A stretch of DNA of 64,000 nt from Candidatus Babelota bacterium (GTDB lineage: Bacteria; Babelota; Babeliae; Babelales; CAIQNR01): NCBI GenBank assembly GCA_965658655.1, contig CBFHTA010000002.1:1-64000 (forward strand), written 5' to 3'. Below the pieces are notes generated by a model. That model had not been told where the DNA came from. It saw only the letters and a program-made list of their open reading frames with translations, and searched no databases. The position numbers and the translations under genes were made by a program. Position 1 is the first letter of the stretch, and every line of letters starts with the position of its first letter. Below are positions 18,746-28,188 of this stretch, piece by piece.

Positions 18746-19333
18746 TTATGCTTTTAGATCAGCTTCTTTTTTAGTGCTCATTTCTTCTGCTTGCTTGATA
18801 AATTTATCAGTAGTTTTCTGTAGCAAGTCGTTTAAACGCTTTGCAAAGTCTTCTGATATATCTTTTGCCTTTTGTGTATCTCGTACTAGATTCTGATAAT
18901 GTTTACGAACATTTCTAATACTTACACGGCATTCTTCAAGTTTTTTGCTGAGAACTTTTTTGAGCTCTTCTCGACGAGCACTGCTCATTTCGGGCAACAC
19001 CAAACGAATTAAGTTACCATCGTTTTGGGGTGTTACGCCAACGTCAGATTCTCTAATTGCACGTTCAATGTCGGGCACAACTGTTTGATCCCACGGTTGA
19101 ATAACAATGAGGCGCCCTTCAGGAGTAGAAATGTTTGCTAGGCCTTTTAAAGCCATTTCAGTTTCGCCCCCGTAGCACATTACCTTGATATCTTCTACCA
19201 TAGAAGGATGTGCACGACCAGTACGTAAAGAAACGAGCTCATGTTTAAAATGATCGATACTTTTGATCATTTCTTCTTGAGTTGCTTTTTCGAATGGTGC
19301 TGTTGCGCCTTCGGAAAGTTTAATTTCCATCAT
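18746..19333 (-). CDS. frr: Ribosome recycling factor
   Basis: LRTGRAHPS, IQPWD, TPQNDGNLIR, RVSIRNVR. Confidence 0.96.
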   Translation of the reverse strand: MMEIKLSEGATAPFEKATQEEMIKSIDHFKHELVSLRTGRAHPSMVEDIKVMCYGGETEMALKGLANISTPEGRLIVIQPWDQTVVPDIERAIRESDVGVTPQNDGNLIRLVLPEMSSARREELKKVLSKKLEECRVSIRNVRKHYQNLVRDTQKAKDISEDFAKRLNDLLQKTTDKFIKQAEEMSTKKEADLKA

Positions 19334-19349
19334 GATTGTTCCTTAGTTC

Positions 19350-19946
19350 TTATGCGCCAATTTCGTAACGAACAAAACGTTTAATTTTGATGTTTTCGCC
19401 CATCTTACCTACAACGTCTTGAATCATTTGTTCAACAGTAAGTTTGTCATTTTTAACAAATTTTTGTTGAAGTAAACATACATCGCCATAAATCTTGTTA
19501 ACTTTACCTTCAACGATCTTATCTACAAATTCAGCTTTTTTCCCTTCTTCAACCAACTGTTCTTTGATCAAAGTTTTTTCTTTTTCAAGCCATGCTTGGT
19601 CTACACTTGTAGGATCAAGATAAAGAGGTTTCATTGCGGCAATGTGCATACCAAGGTCTTGAGCTAATGCAGTGAGAGCTTCGTTGCGAGCAACAAAGTC
19701 TGTTTCACAGTTAAGCTCAACTAGTACACCTACAGTGCTTCCTGGGTGGATATATGCATGCACTAATCCTTGATCAGTTTCGTTGTCACCACGTTTTGCG
19801 GCTACTTTAGCGCCTTTTTTACGTAGCAATTCAACTGCTTTCTCCATGTCCCCATCAGATTCTTGAAGGGCTTTTTTGCAGTCCATCATACCCATGCTGG
19901 TACGAGTTCTTAATACTTGAATATCATCTAAGCTTATTTTCGCCAT
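19350..19946 (-). CDS. tsf: Elongation factor Ts (short form)
   Basis: GMMDCKKAL, VELNCETDFVARN. Confidence 0.97.
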   Translation of the reverse strand: MAKISLDDIQVLRTRTSMGMMDCKKALQESDGDMEKAVELLRKKGAKVAAKRGDNETDQGLVHAYIHPGSTVGVLVELNCETDFVARNEALTALAQDLGMHIAAMKPLYLDPTSVDQAWLEKEKTLIKEQLVEEGKKAEFVDKIVEGKVNKIYGDVCLLQQKFVKNDKLTVEQMIQDVVGKMGENIKIKRFVRYEIGA

Positions 19947-20030
19947 ATATGCTCCCGGTCGATCGAATTATATTTCTTGATCTTTCTAGTGTGCCAGAAG
20001 CAGTATTTTTGGCAATACGGCCCTTAAGTA

Positions 20031-20522
20031 TTATTTTTTAGGGGGATAAAGTTGAAAACCTAGAATAGAAAGAGCAATGCTTCCCACTGATGAGGAAGTG
20101 AAGATTATTAGAAGTTGCTTAAGAGAAAGGTGAATTTTGAGAAATTTATTAAGGATCAGACCGCAAACTATATTTACTAACCAAATAGCGAATATGCCAT
20201 AAGGACAAAAAATATAAGACTCAGTAAAGCAAGAGGAAAGAGGTTTGATAGCAGTTGCGATTGTTCGAAATAATTGAACAAAGGGGGTGAGTAGTATGAA
20301 CATGAAGATGCTTGAGAGCAGATTGGTAGCTAATGAAAAGAGAATGCCGTGCCCCAATGATTTCTTTTTTTTAAAGTAGTAAAATAGGTACGATTCAATA
20401 AAAAGCTTAACGGTACCTACAACCACAGTCCATTGTAGACCGGTGCTTAAGCCATCGTTTATTACTTGTTTTATAGAAGACATACCGTTCCTTCTTGCTA
20501 TTAAAATGTGAGCTTTGCCCAT
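20031..20522 (-). CDS. Hypothetical 4-TM membrane protein (start uncertain)
   Basis: Four hydrophobic segments; last of a cluster of four similarly sized genes. Confidence 0.6.
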   Translation of the reverse strand: MGKAHILIARRNGMSSIKQVINDGLSTGLQWTVVVGTVKLFIESYLFYYFKKKKSLGHGILFSLATNLLSSIFMFILLTPFVQLFRTIATAIKPLSSCFTESYIFCPYGIFAIWLVNIVCGLILNKFLKIHLSLKQLLIIFTSSSVGSIALSILGFQLYPPKK

Positions 20523-20556
20523 CTGTAAAGCTCACATTTTGATTATTTATTGTGGA

Positions 20557-20985
20557 TTATCCTTGGTGCTTAGCCTTTTTAGTAGGAGCAGAACATTGCT
20601 TTTCAACGCACATGCTCACACAGTTTGCAGCGAGAATACCTACAAAAAAGCAAAGAGCGAATACTTTTGGTGCAGTTGTTTTTACTTTAAGTTGTTTGCC
20701 TATAACCATAAGAAGTACAGTGATTATAACTGTCATAACAAAAGAGGTCCAAATTGGCTGCATAAAAACGTGGCTACTGGTGTCTACTGCACACATGAAA
20801 CTGCTCAATATGTTAGCAAAGAAAAGGTTTGTTAATACCATTAAAGAAACACCGACTACACTGATGTAAGCTGCTTCCTCTCTGCTTTTTTTCCCAAATT
20901 TAGAGAACATGAGCATGCTGAATACAACTGCCATCATGGTTACTATTTCTTGGTTATAAACACTAAATTGGTGACAAAAATTCAT
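20557..20985 (-). CDS. Hypothetical 4-TM membrane protein, paralog of 21065-21490
   Basis: Shared CHQ..VY..., REEAAYI/REETAYI, VIITVLLM, C..P.K.AKH.G C-terminus. Confidence 0.8.
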   Translation of the reverse strand: MNFCHQFSVYNQEIVTMMAVVFSMLMFSKFGKKSREEAAYISVVGVSLMVLTNLFFANILSSFMCAVDTSSHVFMQPIWTSFVMTVIITVLLMVIGKQLKVKTTAPKVFALCFFVGILAANCVSMCVEKQCSAPTKKAKHQG

Positions 20986-21064
20986 GATTTAATTCCCTTT
21001 ATAATAAAAGAGTGAGCTGAACAATTTGTTAGAGCTCACATTAAAGTTTAAATGTGCTTAGTTA

Positions 21065-21490
21065 TTATCCGTGGTGTTTGGCGTTTTTTGCAGGAGGTGT
21101 ACAGCTACTGTTGATGAACATGCCTACAAAGTTAGAAAGTGCTATGCCTATAAAGAAACAAATGACCAATGTTTTTGGTGGCATTGCCTTTGCTTTTATT
21201 GTTTTTCCTACAATCATAAGAAGTACAGTAATTATTACAGCTGCAACTGCAGAGCTCCAAAGAATGTGTAAAGCTTCTGAACCCTGTACAAGGCTTATTA
21301 CGTTGTGAAGTGGCTCAGCTAGAATAATGTTAACCAAGCAAAGTAAAGACATACCAGCCAATGCTATATAAGCTGTTTCTTCCCTGTGCTTTTTAGCAAT
21401 GCGAGAAAAAGCAACCATTGTGAAAATAGCTGCTAGAAGAGTACCAACTTGCTCTCCGTAAACATTGAGTTGATGACAAATATCTATCAT
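21065..21490 (-). CDS. Hypothetical 4-TM membrane protein, paralog of 20557-20985
   Basis: Direct similarity over the whole length; AAGGAG SD. Confidence 0.8.
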   Translation of the reverse strand: MIDICHQLNVYGEQVGTLLAAIFTMVAFSRIAKKHREETAYIALAGMSLLCLVNIILAEPLHNVISLVQGSEALHILWSSAVAAVIITVLLMIVGKTIKAKAMPPKTLVICFFIGIALSNFVGMFINSSCTPPAKNAKHHG

Positions 21491-21529
21491 TTAGTTCTCC
21501 TTATTTTGGATTTAAAAACTCAAAGATTA

Positions 21530-21973
21530 TTAATTATTGTGACGATGCTCTTTTTCGTGAGAGTCGTGTACGATACATTCTGAATTAATGAAGTAAGCGA
21601 TTCCGCCAGCAACAATAATTCCCATAAGAAAGCATTTATAGAGAGTGCTGAAGTTGTTTTTTTTCATTTTTAAAGCGCCACCAAGAGCCATTGTGGCAAC
21701 GCTTGCAGTTGCAGCAAGAGCAAGGCTATCGGCTATAAGAGCAATAATACCGTTATTGGCAATAATGTTTTGCACCCCTGGCAGATGTTGAATCATGTGT
21801 TGGAAGTTAGGGAATATGCAAGTAAGAGCGACCACACCTACTCCAATACCTACGAGAGAAAGAAGTGCTCCATCTGCACAGCTCTTTCTTCCTATTTTGC
21901 AGAAAGCTAAGGTGCAGAAGGTCATCATGAGAGTAGCCATGGCAAAGCTAAGCATTGCACAATCGTTTATCAT
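21530..21973 (-). CDS. Hypothetical 4-TM membrane protein, distant paralog of the cluster
   Basis: AFCKIGRK, CFLMGI, FINSEC resemble AFSRIAKK, CFFIGI, FINSSC; AAGGAG SD. Confidence 0.75.
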   Translation of the reverse strand: MINDCAMLSFAMATLMMTFCTLAFCKIGRKSCADGALLSLVGIGVGVVALTCIFPNFQHMIQHLPGVQNIIANNGIIALIADSLALAATASVATMALGGALKMKKNNFSTLYKCFLMGIIVAGGIAYFINSECIVHDSHEKEHRHNN

Positions 21974-22061
21974 CTCTATCTCCTTATTTTTGAGAGATTA
22001 AACAATTATCAGGCTTACATTTTTGGCTAAAATGAGTCAATAGTTTACCGAGTAGGGCCTT

Positions 22062-23696
22062 TTACATTCTTTCTGGTTTAGATAAGCCCATGAGAGTTAA
22101 ACATCGCTCAAATGTGTCTTTGACAAGCATGGTCAGGAACAGGCGGGCGCGAGACTGGTTGATGTCTTTTGGCTCAATAACTCGATTATGGTGGTAATAA
22201 TTATGGAATAGGTGAGCTAACTCGAGTAGGTAGTAGGTAAGTAAATGAACCTGGTAGTTCTCAGAGATGTCCTCTAAAAGTTCCTGTAGGGCAGCCATTT
22301 TTTTGATTAAGAGGTTTTCTGCTTCAGACAAATGCTGGGCGTCAAGCTTGGAGATGTCTTCGAGTCCTGGTACTTCTTTTGCTTTTTCCATAATTGCTCG
22401 GGTTCGAACAAGAGCGTATTGCAAGTAGTAAACTGGATTTTCATCATCTTTTTTCATGGCTAGATCAAGGTCGAAATCAAGGTGAGCGTCTGCTTTTCTA
22501 TTTAAGTAAAAGAATCGAGCAACGTCTGGACCAACTTCGTCAATGATGTCTTGCAGGTTAATAATAGCTCCCGCTCGCTTAGACATACGAACCGATTCAC
22601 CACCTTTTTTCATAGAAACAAGTTGGTAGATAATGCAGTTTAGATTAAGATCATGAAGACCAAGTGCTTGGCGAATGCCGTTAAGACGTTTTGGGTAGCT
22701 GTCATGATCTTGTCCTAAAACAATCACTAAGGTAGTAAATCCTCTATTTGCTTTATCGAGCATGTAGGCAGCGTCGGCTGCAGCATAGGTGTATGTACCA
22801 TCAGCTTTTCTCAAGACACGATCTTTGTCATCACCATAATCTTGGGCTTTAAACCACAAGGCACCTTCTTTTTCATACGTTTTACCAGCTTTATCTAGAC
22901 GTTCTAGTGCTTGTTCAATACCGGCTGTGTGAAGTTTTCTTTCTGAGAACCATACATCAAAATCAATGCCATACTGACTGGTAGTATTTTTGAGTTGTTC
23001 AAGTTGTGACTTATAAGCATAGTCGATAAAAAATTGATCAGATTTTTCTAAAACTTTGTCACCATTTTCTTTAATGCATTCTTTTGCAATATCTTTAACA
23101 TAGTCGCCATGATATGCTGCTTCAGGCATTTCAATATCTTGCCCAGCTTCTTGCTGGCAACGTGTTCTTAGAGAGTTGCCAAGTTTAATCATCTGTGCGC
23201 CAGCGTCGTTAATATAATGTTCTTTGGTAATTTTGTAGCCTAAAAATTTCAATATATTTCCAAGAACATCTCCAATGATGCCACCGCGACCATGACCTAA
23301 ATGTAGTGGGCCGGTTGGGTTGGCGCTGACAAATTCAAGATTAAAGATGCCATGTGGATTTTCGTGCTCAAAATAATGATCTTTATTAGTAAAAAGCTCT
23401 TGAGCAATGGTTCTGAATGCTTCTTCGGTTAAAAAGATATTCAAGAACCCAGGGCCAGCAATGTCTATTTTTTTTATGTTAGAGTCAGAAAAGCGACTTA
23501 CAATCTCTTGAGCTAAATCACGAGGATTAACACCTAATTTTTTAGCCAGCATTAAAGCCGCGTTAGAAGAAATATCACCAAATTTTTGTTTTTGGTCGTC
23601 GGTATTAAGTTTGAAATCTATGTTTGGGAGCTCTTTTACCCCAAGAGTTCCAAGGAACGTGAAAAATTTTTGCTCAAGAGTTTGAATGGTATTCAT
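22062..23696 (-). CDS. argS: Arginine-tRNA ligase
   Basis: EFVSANPTGPLHLGHGRG, MSKRAG, NPVYYLQYA. Confidence 0.97.
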   Translation of the reverse strand: MNTIQTLEQKFFTFLGTLGVKELPNIDFKLNTDDQKQKFGDISSNAALMLAKKLGVNPRDLAQEIVSRFSDSNIKKIDIAGPGFLNIFLTEEAFRTIAQELFTNKDHYFEHENPHGIFNLEFVSANPTGPLHLGHGRGGIIGDVLGNILKFLGYKITKEHYINDAGAQMIKLGNSLRTRCQQEAGQDIEMPEAAYHGDYVKDIAKECIKENGDKVLEKSDQFFIDYAYKSQLEQLKNTTSQYGIDFDVWFSERKLHTAGIEQALERLDKAGKTYEKEGALWFKAQDYGDDKDRVLRKADGTYTYAAADAAYMLDKANRGFTTLVIVLGQDHDSYPKRLNGIRQALGLHDLNLNCIIYQLVSMKKGGESVRMSKRAGAIINLQDIIDEVGPDVARFFYLNRKADAHLDFDLDLAMKKDDENPVYYLQYALVRTRAIMEKAKEVPGLEDISKLDAQHLSEAENLLIKKMAALQELLEDISENYQVHLLTYYLLELAHLFHNYYHHNRVIEPKDINQSRARLFLTMLVKDTFERCLTLMGLSKPERM

Positions 23697-23768
23697 AATA
23701 AAAATCGCCTTCTGAATAAGCTAATAAGATACTAGCCTACCCAAAAGGTGATTGAATGTCATATTAAT

Positions 23769-24173
23769 TTAGAGAGCTCTTTTAGCAGCAATTAGTTCTA
23801 GTTGCTTTTCATAAGCTTTTTTTCTACTTAAGCAAATCTCTTGGAGGGATCGAGAACAAGATCGTATGATTTTGGCAATAAGAGCACAAGCCATAAAGTT
23901 TGCTGCATTTTTTATAGTTGTTTCGATTTCACGTTGTGACATTGATACCTTGTTGTATATTCCCCAAGCCAAAGGACTTATTCTTATCATTACCAAAACG
24001 GCTGCACCGTACATACCAATTTCGGTAATTGCTCCGGGTTTAAAAAAGGCTGCCTTAATTTCTTGGTCTATGATTTTTTCTGTAAGTTCTTCAATTTTTT
24101 TTGACTCGTTCTGTGGATAAGCCCAAAAAATGGTGAATAGACATAATGTTGTTATTAATCGTGCTGTTTTCAT
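23769..24173 (-). CDS. Hypothetical protein with signal peptide and internal hydrophobic segments
   Basis: Leader MKTARLITTLCLFTIFWAY. Confidence 0.65.
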   Translation of the reverse strand: MKTARLITTLCLFTIFWAYPQNESKKIEELTEKIIDQEIKAAFFKPGAITEIGMYGAAVLVMIRISPLAWGIYNKVSMSQREIETTIKNAANFMACALIAKIIRSCSRSLQEICLSRKKAYEKQLELIAAKRAL

Positions 24174-24883
24174 TGAATGTTTTCCAGTTCGGCTTCAGTC
24201 TCTTCTTTGGTGTTGTTTAAAAAATTAATATCTTCTTTTAATTCGTTGATTCGTCTACTTTTGCTTTGAGCGGAGGCTTCATTCCAAACCATTATAACAC
24301 CTCCTATTCCTACCGCAACAACACTTCCAAGAGCACTTACTCCCTCTTCGATACCGTTATAAGCAGCCACTACTCCAACAATAATAGCTCCGCCTGCAGC
24401 TTCTAGGTAGCGATTTAGTTGCTTTGAACTCTGTTGCTTTGCTAAATTTTCTTCTGTTTTTTTGAACTTAGCGTTAGTGGCTTCTAGAGAGTGCTTTAGG
24501 GTTTTGATGCGTTCATCTTTAGCGCCTTGTTCTCTCTGATTAGTTTGCCGCTTACGTGTTCTTGTATCTCGCTCCTCTTTTCTTTTTCTAGATTCTTCAG
24601 GTGTTAATATTCTTGGTTTACCAGTGCGTGTTTCAATGTCTGGTTTTTGTGTTGAAGCAGTTGGTGATGATGTGCTGGAAGACCAAATTTGTCTTTTTAC
24701 AGCTCCACCCAATTCTGTCATAGCGCTTTTTGCATTGGGATCAAGATCGTCATCCATAGAGTCGTTACACCATACATTTGGATCAACATCGTAAGTGTAT
24801 GGATGTGCAGAGAAAGAGAGTAATGAGAGTGATAAGAAAAGAACTTTGTTATTCATAACTACTCCTAAAAAACATGATGTCAA
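24170..24883 (-). CDS. Hypothetical protein: signal peptide, coiled coil, bilobed hydrophobic domain (start likely MNNKVLF)
   Basis: AAGGAIIVGVVAAY...ALGSVVAVGIGGVIMVW flanked by coiled-coil-like segments. Confidence 0.7.
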   Translation of the reverse strand: MTSCFLGVVMNNKVLFLSLSLLSFSAHPYTYDVDPNVWCNDSMDDDLDPNAKSAMTELGGAVKRQIWSSSTSSPTASTQKPDIETRTGKPRILTPEESRKRKEERDTRTRKRQTNQREQGAKDERIKTLKHSLEATNAKFKKTEENLAKQQSSKQLNRYLEAAGGAIIVGVVAAYNGIEEGVSALGSVVAVGIGGVIMVWNEASAQSKSRRINELKEDINFLNNTKEETEAELENIQ

Positions 24884-24929
24884 AGTAACGGAGGGAGTTT
24901 AAAAATATTGTGGTGGGGTGTCAAATTCT

Positions 24930-25367
24930 TTATTTAGATTCTTCTTGAGTTTCAGTATTATGCTCTAAGTATTGTTCGCCACTCATGTAGTGAACAACAA
25001 TATTATGTTCTTTTTTTAAGTCTTCAGCTTGATTGTGTGCAGACTGTGCAGACCAGGCACACCACCCAGCGTAACTACCGCTAGCAACAGCAAACAGAGC
25101 AGAGCATAAACTAACTGGTTCAATATGACCATTTCTGTGATAAAGGCGTATTGTTGTTATTATTGATCCAAAGACGCATGCAGTTAAGCCTTGTTGAGAT
25201 TTTGCTGTGTTTTGCTCTGCATATAGTTCTAAATATTCAACTTTTTTTTCGGGATTAATTTTTACAATCTTTTGTTCTTTTGGATGGTTCTTGCTCCAAT
25301 AATTGGTATGGGTAGGCAGTGGTGTTAAAACTAAAGAAAGACATAGAACCCTAAAAAAACATTTCAT
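24930..25367 (-). CDS. Hypothetical protein with signal peptide and paired hydrophobic segments
   Basis: MKCFFRVLCLSLVLTPL leader. Confidence 0.65.
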   Translation of the reverse strand: MKCFFRVLCLSLVLTPLPTHTNYWSKNHPKEQKIVKINPEKKVEYLELYAEQNTAKSQQGLTACVFGSIITTIRLYHRNGHIEPVSLCSALFAVASGSYAGWCAWSAQSAHNQAEDLKKEHNIVVHYMSGEQYLEHNTETQEESK

Positions 25368-25466
25368 GTGTATCCTGTTTAAGCTTAAAAAATATCATTA
25401 CAAAAGGCTGTGGGTGCGGTATACTTAGAATATGTGAAACTATAAAACATTTTTTGTGAGTTTACA

Positions 25467-26513
25467 ATGAGAATAGCGGTATTACTTTCTGGTGGGGTCG
25501 ACAGCTCGGTTGCCTTGAATTTACTCAAAGAGCAAGGGCACGATGTCACTGCTTTTTATCTTAAAATTTGGTTAGAAGATGAACTTGCTTTTTTGGGTGA
25601 TTGCCCTTGGGAGCAAGATCTTTCGTATGCTCGTGCAGTGTGTGAAAAGTTAGACATACCACTTAACATTGTACCGCTTCAGAAGGAATATAAAGACACT
25701 ATTATTAAATACACCATTGACCAAGTACAAAAAGGTTTAACTCCAAATCCAGACATGCTTTGTAATACGTTTATCAAATTTGGTGCGTTCTATGATGCTG
25801 TAGGTAAAGATTTTGATAAAATTGCAACGGGGCATTACGCAGGTATTACTCAAGAAGATGGTGTGTATTATTTAAAACAAACGCCCGATGTTGTTAAAGA
25901 TCAAACCTATTTTTTAGCACGTTTAACACAAGAGCAATTGTCTCGTGTATTATTTCCTTTGGGTGACTACACCAAAGAGCAGGTGCGTCAATTGGCACAA
26001 AAATTTGATTTACCAAATAAAGAACGAAAAGACAGCCAGGGACTTTGCTTTTTAGGTAAAATATCTTTTAGAGATTTTATTAAAGCACACGCAGGAACCA
26101 AGAAGGGTGATCTGGTAGTATTTGAAACCAATGAAAAAGTGGGCGAACACGAAGGATTTTGGTTTTATACTCTTGGCCAACGCCAAGGCATTGGTTTGAG
26201 TCATGGTCCATGGTATGTAGTTAAAAAAGATCCGCAAACAAATATTGTGTATATTTCTAATGAATATTACGATCCAGCTAAAAAACGAGACACGTTTTAT
26301 TTAACCGATTGTATGTGGAACGATGTTCCTGTAAAGGGTAAAGCAAGTCTTAAGTTGCGTCATGGTCAGCATATTCATACTGCAACAGTGTTTCATGAGG
26401 ATGACCAAACAAAAGTAGTTTTAGAAGATCAAGATCAAGGGATTGCTCCAGGGCAGTTTGCTGTGTTTTATGGTAATGGTTTATGTCTAGGGTCTGGTGT
26501 TATTAAGGAGTGA
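25467..26513 (+). CDS. mnmA: tRNA 2-thiouridine synthase MnmA
   Basis: LSGGVDSSV, TPNPDMLCN, ATGHYA, KDQTYFL, DSQGLCF, APGQFAV. Confidence 0.97.
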   Translation: MRIAVLLSGGVDSSVALNLLKEQGHDVTAFYLKIWLEDELAFLGDCPWEQDLSYARAVCEKLDIPLNIVPLQKEYKDTIIKYTIDQVQKGLTPNPDMLCNTFIKFGAFYDAVGKDFDKIATGHYAGITQEDGVYYLKQTPDVVKDQTYFLARLTQEQLSRVLFPLGDYTKEQVRQLAQKFDLPNKERKDSQGLCFLGKISFRDFIKAHAGTKKGDLVVFETNEKVGEHEGFWFYTLGQRQGIGLSHGPWYVVKKDPQTNIVYISNEYYDPAKKRDTFYLTDCMWNDVPVKGKASLKLRHGQHIHTATVFHEDDQTKVVLEDQDQGIAPGQFAVFYGNGLCLGSGVIKE

Positions 26514-26893
26514 GGGTGAAAAGAGTTGTAATAAGTTTTTTGTTTTTAACAACAATTGTTATTTGTGCAAAAACACCATCTTTTATAAAACCAAAAAAAA
26601 TAAGTAAGAAGAAATCACCAGCACAATTAAAAGAGCAGGTAGGATACGAATTAGAAGACATATTGACGTTATCTTCCGATCTGATAGCCTCTTTGACTAA
26701 GGGGCAAAAACTTGTAGTCTCAAAAATGCATACGTTAGTTGCTCCTGAAAAAGACGATTTTTTTTCTAAGGTAAAAGCAAAAGATCTTGAAACGTATGCG
26801 CATAATCTTGAGCAAATGCACCAAGAATTGAAAAATATAGAACAACGAATAGAAAAAGAATGTACCAATTTTTCTAAAAACTTTACTCACTAA
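26510..26893 (+). CDS. Hypothetical protein with signal peptide
   Basis: Overlaps the mnmA stop; hydrophobic leader; coiled-coil-like tail. Confidence 0.65.
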   Translation: MRVKRVVISFLFLTTIVICAKTPSFIKPKKISKKKSPAQLKEQVGYELEDILTLSSDLIASLTKGQKLVVSKMHTLVAPEKDDFFSKVKAKDLETYAHNLEQMHQELKNIEQRIEKECTNFSKNFTH

Positions 26894-26908
26894 TACAAAG
26901 GAAGACTC

Positions 26909-27514
26909 ATGGCTGGATACAATAGAATTATCATGGTAGGAAATTTAACGCGTGACCCAGATTATAAACAATTATCATCAGGGCAAGCGGTGTGTCGATT
27001 GGGAATTGCTTCTAATCGTCAATTCAGAAATAGACAAAGTGGCGACATGGTACAAGAAGTTTGCTACATCGATATTGATGTGTGGGGACCTCAAGCAGAT
27101 AGTTGTAATCAATACTTGTCAAAAGGACGCCAAGTTTTAGTTGAAGGGCGCATTAAATTTGATACTTGGCAAGATCAAGATGGTAACAATCGTAATAAGC
27201 ACTCTGTTGTTGCGGACCGTGTAGTATTCCTGTCTTCAGGTTCAGACGCTGCGAGTGACGCTACAGCCCCAAGCACAAACAACGAGAAAATGGAGCCTCG
27301 CAACGAAGTTGAACGAGAGCTAATGTCTCAGCTTGATCAAATAAAAACGCGCACTCAGCCCCAAGCTCCTCAAGCTGCAGCACCACAGCCATCGGCTACA
27401 ACTCAAGCGGCTTCTCGACAAACAAATAATCCTGCTCCAGCAGCACAATCAGTTCCTCAGGCAGGTCCAGCATTCAAAGATGAGCCTCCGTTTCAGGACG
27501 ATCTTCCGTTTTAA
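26909..27514 (+). CDS. ssb: Single-stranded DNA-binding protein
   Basis: NRIIMVGNLTRDP, LSKGRQVLVEGR, C-terminal DDLPF. Confidence 0.97.
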   Translation: MAGYNRIIMVGNLTRDPDYKQLSSGQAVCRLGIASNRQFRNRQSGDMVQEVCYIDIDVWGPQADSCNQYLSKGRQVLVEGRIKFDTWQDQDGNNRNKHSVVADRVVFLSSGSDAASDATAPSTNNEKMEPRNEVERELMSQLDQIKTRTQPQAPQAAAPQPSATTQAASRQTNNPAPAAQSVPQAGPAFKDEPPFQDDLPF

Positions 27515-27540
27515 TTAAAAACAAGCAATTTAAGCTTAGT

Positions 27541-27570
27541 AAAAGGCGTTTCTTAGGAGACGCCTTTTTT
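27541..27570 (+). terminator. Intrinsic terminator after ssb
   Basis: aaaaggcgtttc-ttag-gagacgccttttt. Confidence 0.85.
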
Positions 27571-27657
27571 GTTACACATTGTTAATTTATTGACTCTGCC
27601 TTGCCATAATTTGTATAATAATCCTTATAGGAAGCACGAAATGGAGAAGGGGAGGTT

Positions 27658-28161
27658 ATGAAGAGTCGAATGTTTTACGTAAGTTTATTGTTGCTCATTT
27701 TATCAATGGCCGACGCAAGTATTGGCGATATTACAGATTCAGCACGATTGGCGGTTTCTTTTTCATCACCTTATCCTGCATCTCCGGTGACACAAGCAAA
27801 GTCTTTGGCAACTCAGTTGTGGACAGAAGTTAATAATGCAGTCGAGGATGTTACAGCTCGTGATATGCTTGAGGGTTCTATTGTTAATTTTTCTGACACT
27901 GTTCTTGATTTATATGTATTGGGTAGTCTTGTTATTAAAAACGCACAGATACAACTTGATGGCGTTGGTTCTCGTTATCATTATAAGAGTATTCAAAAAA
28001 CACTCGAAGAAATGCGTTATCTGGTAGATCTTATTGGTTCTTTAGAGCAAACATTTGATAGAGCGATGGACGGACATTTTAGTGATCAAGCTGCATGTGT
28101 GAAAGTGGTATTAAGTTGTATTAAAAAGAAAATGGAGCGAACATTGCTGTTCGCTCCATAA
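27658..28161 (+). CDS. Hypothetical secreted protein
   Basis: GGAGG SD, signal-like leader, TATAAT upstream. Confidence 0.7.
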   Translation: MKSRMFYVSLLLLILSMADASIGDITDSARLAVSFSSPYPASPVTQAKSLATQLWTEVNNAVEDVTARDMLEGSIVNFSDTVLDLYVLGSLVIKNAQIQLDGVGSRYHYKSIQKTLEEMRYLVDLIGSLEQTFDRAMDGHFSDQAACVKVVLSCIKKKMERTLLFAP

Positions 28162-28188
28162 TTTTGAGGTGTTACAACCAGTTGTGTA

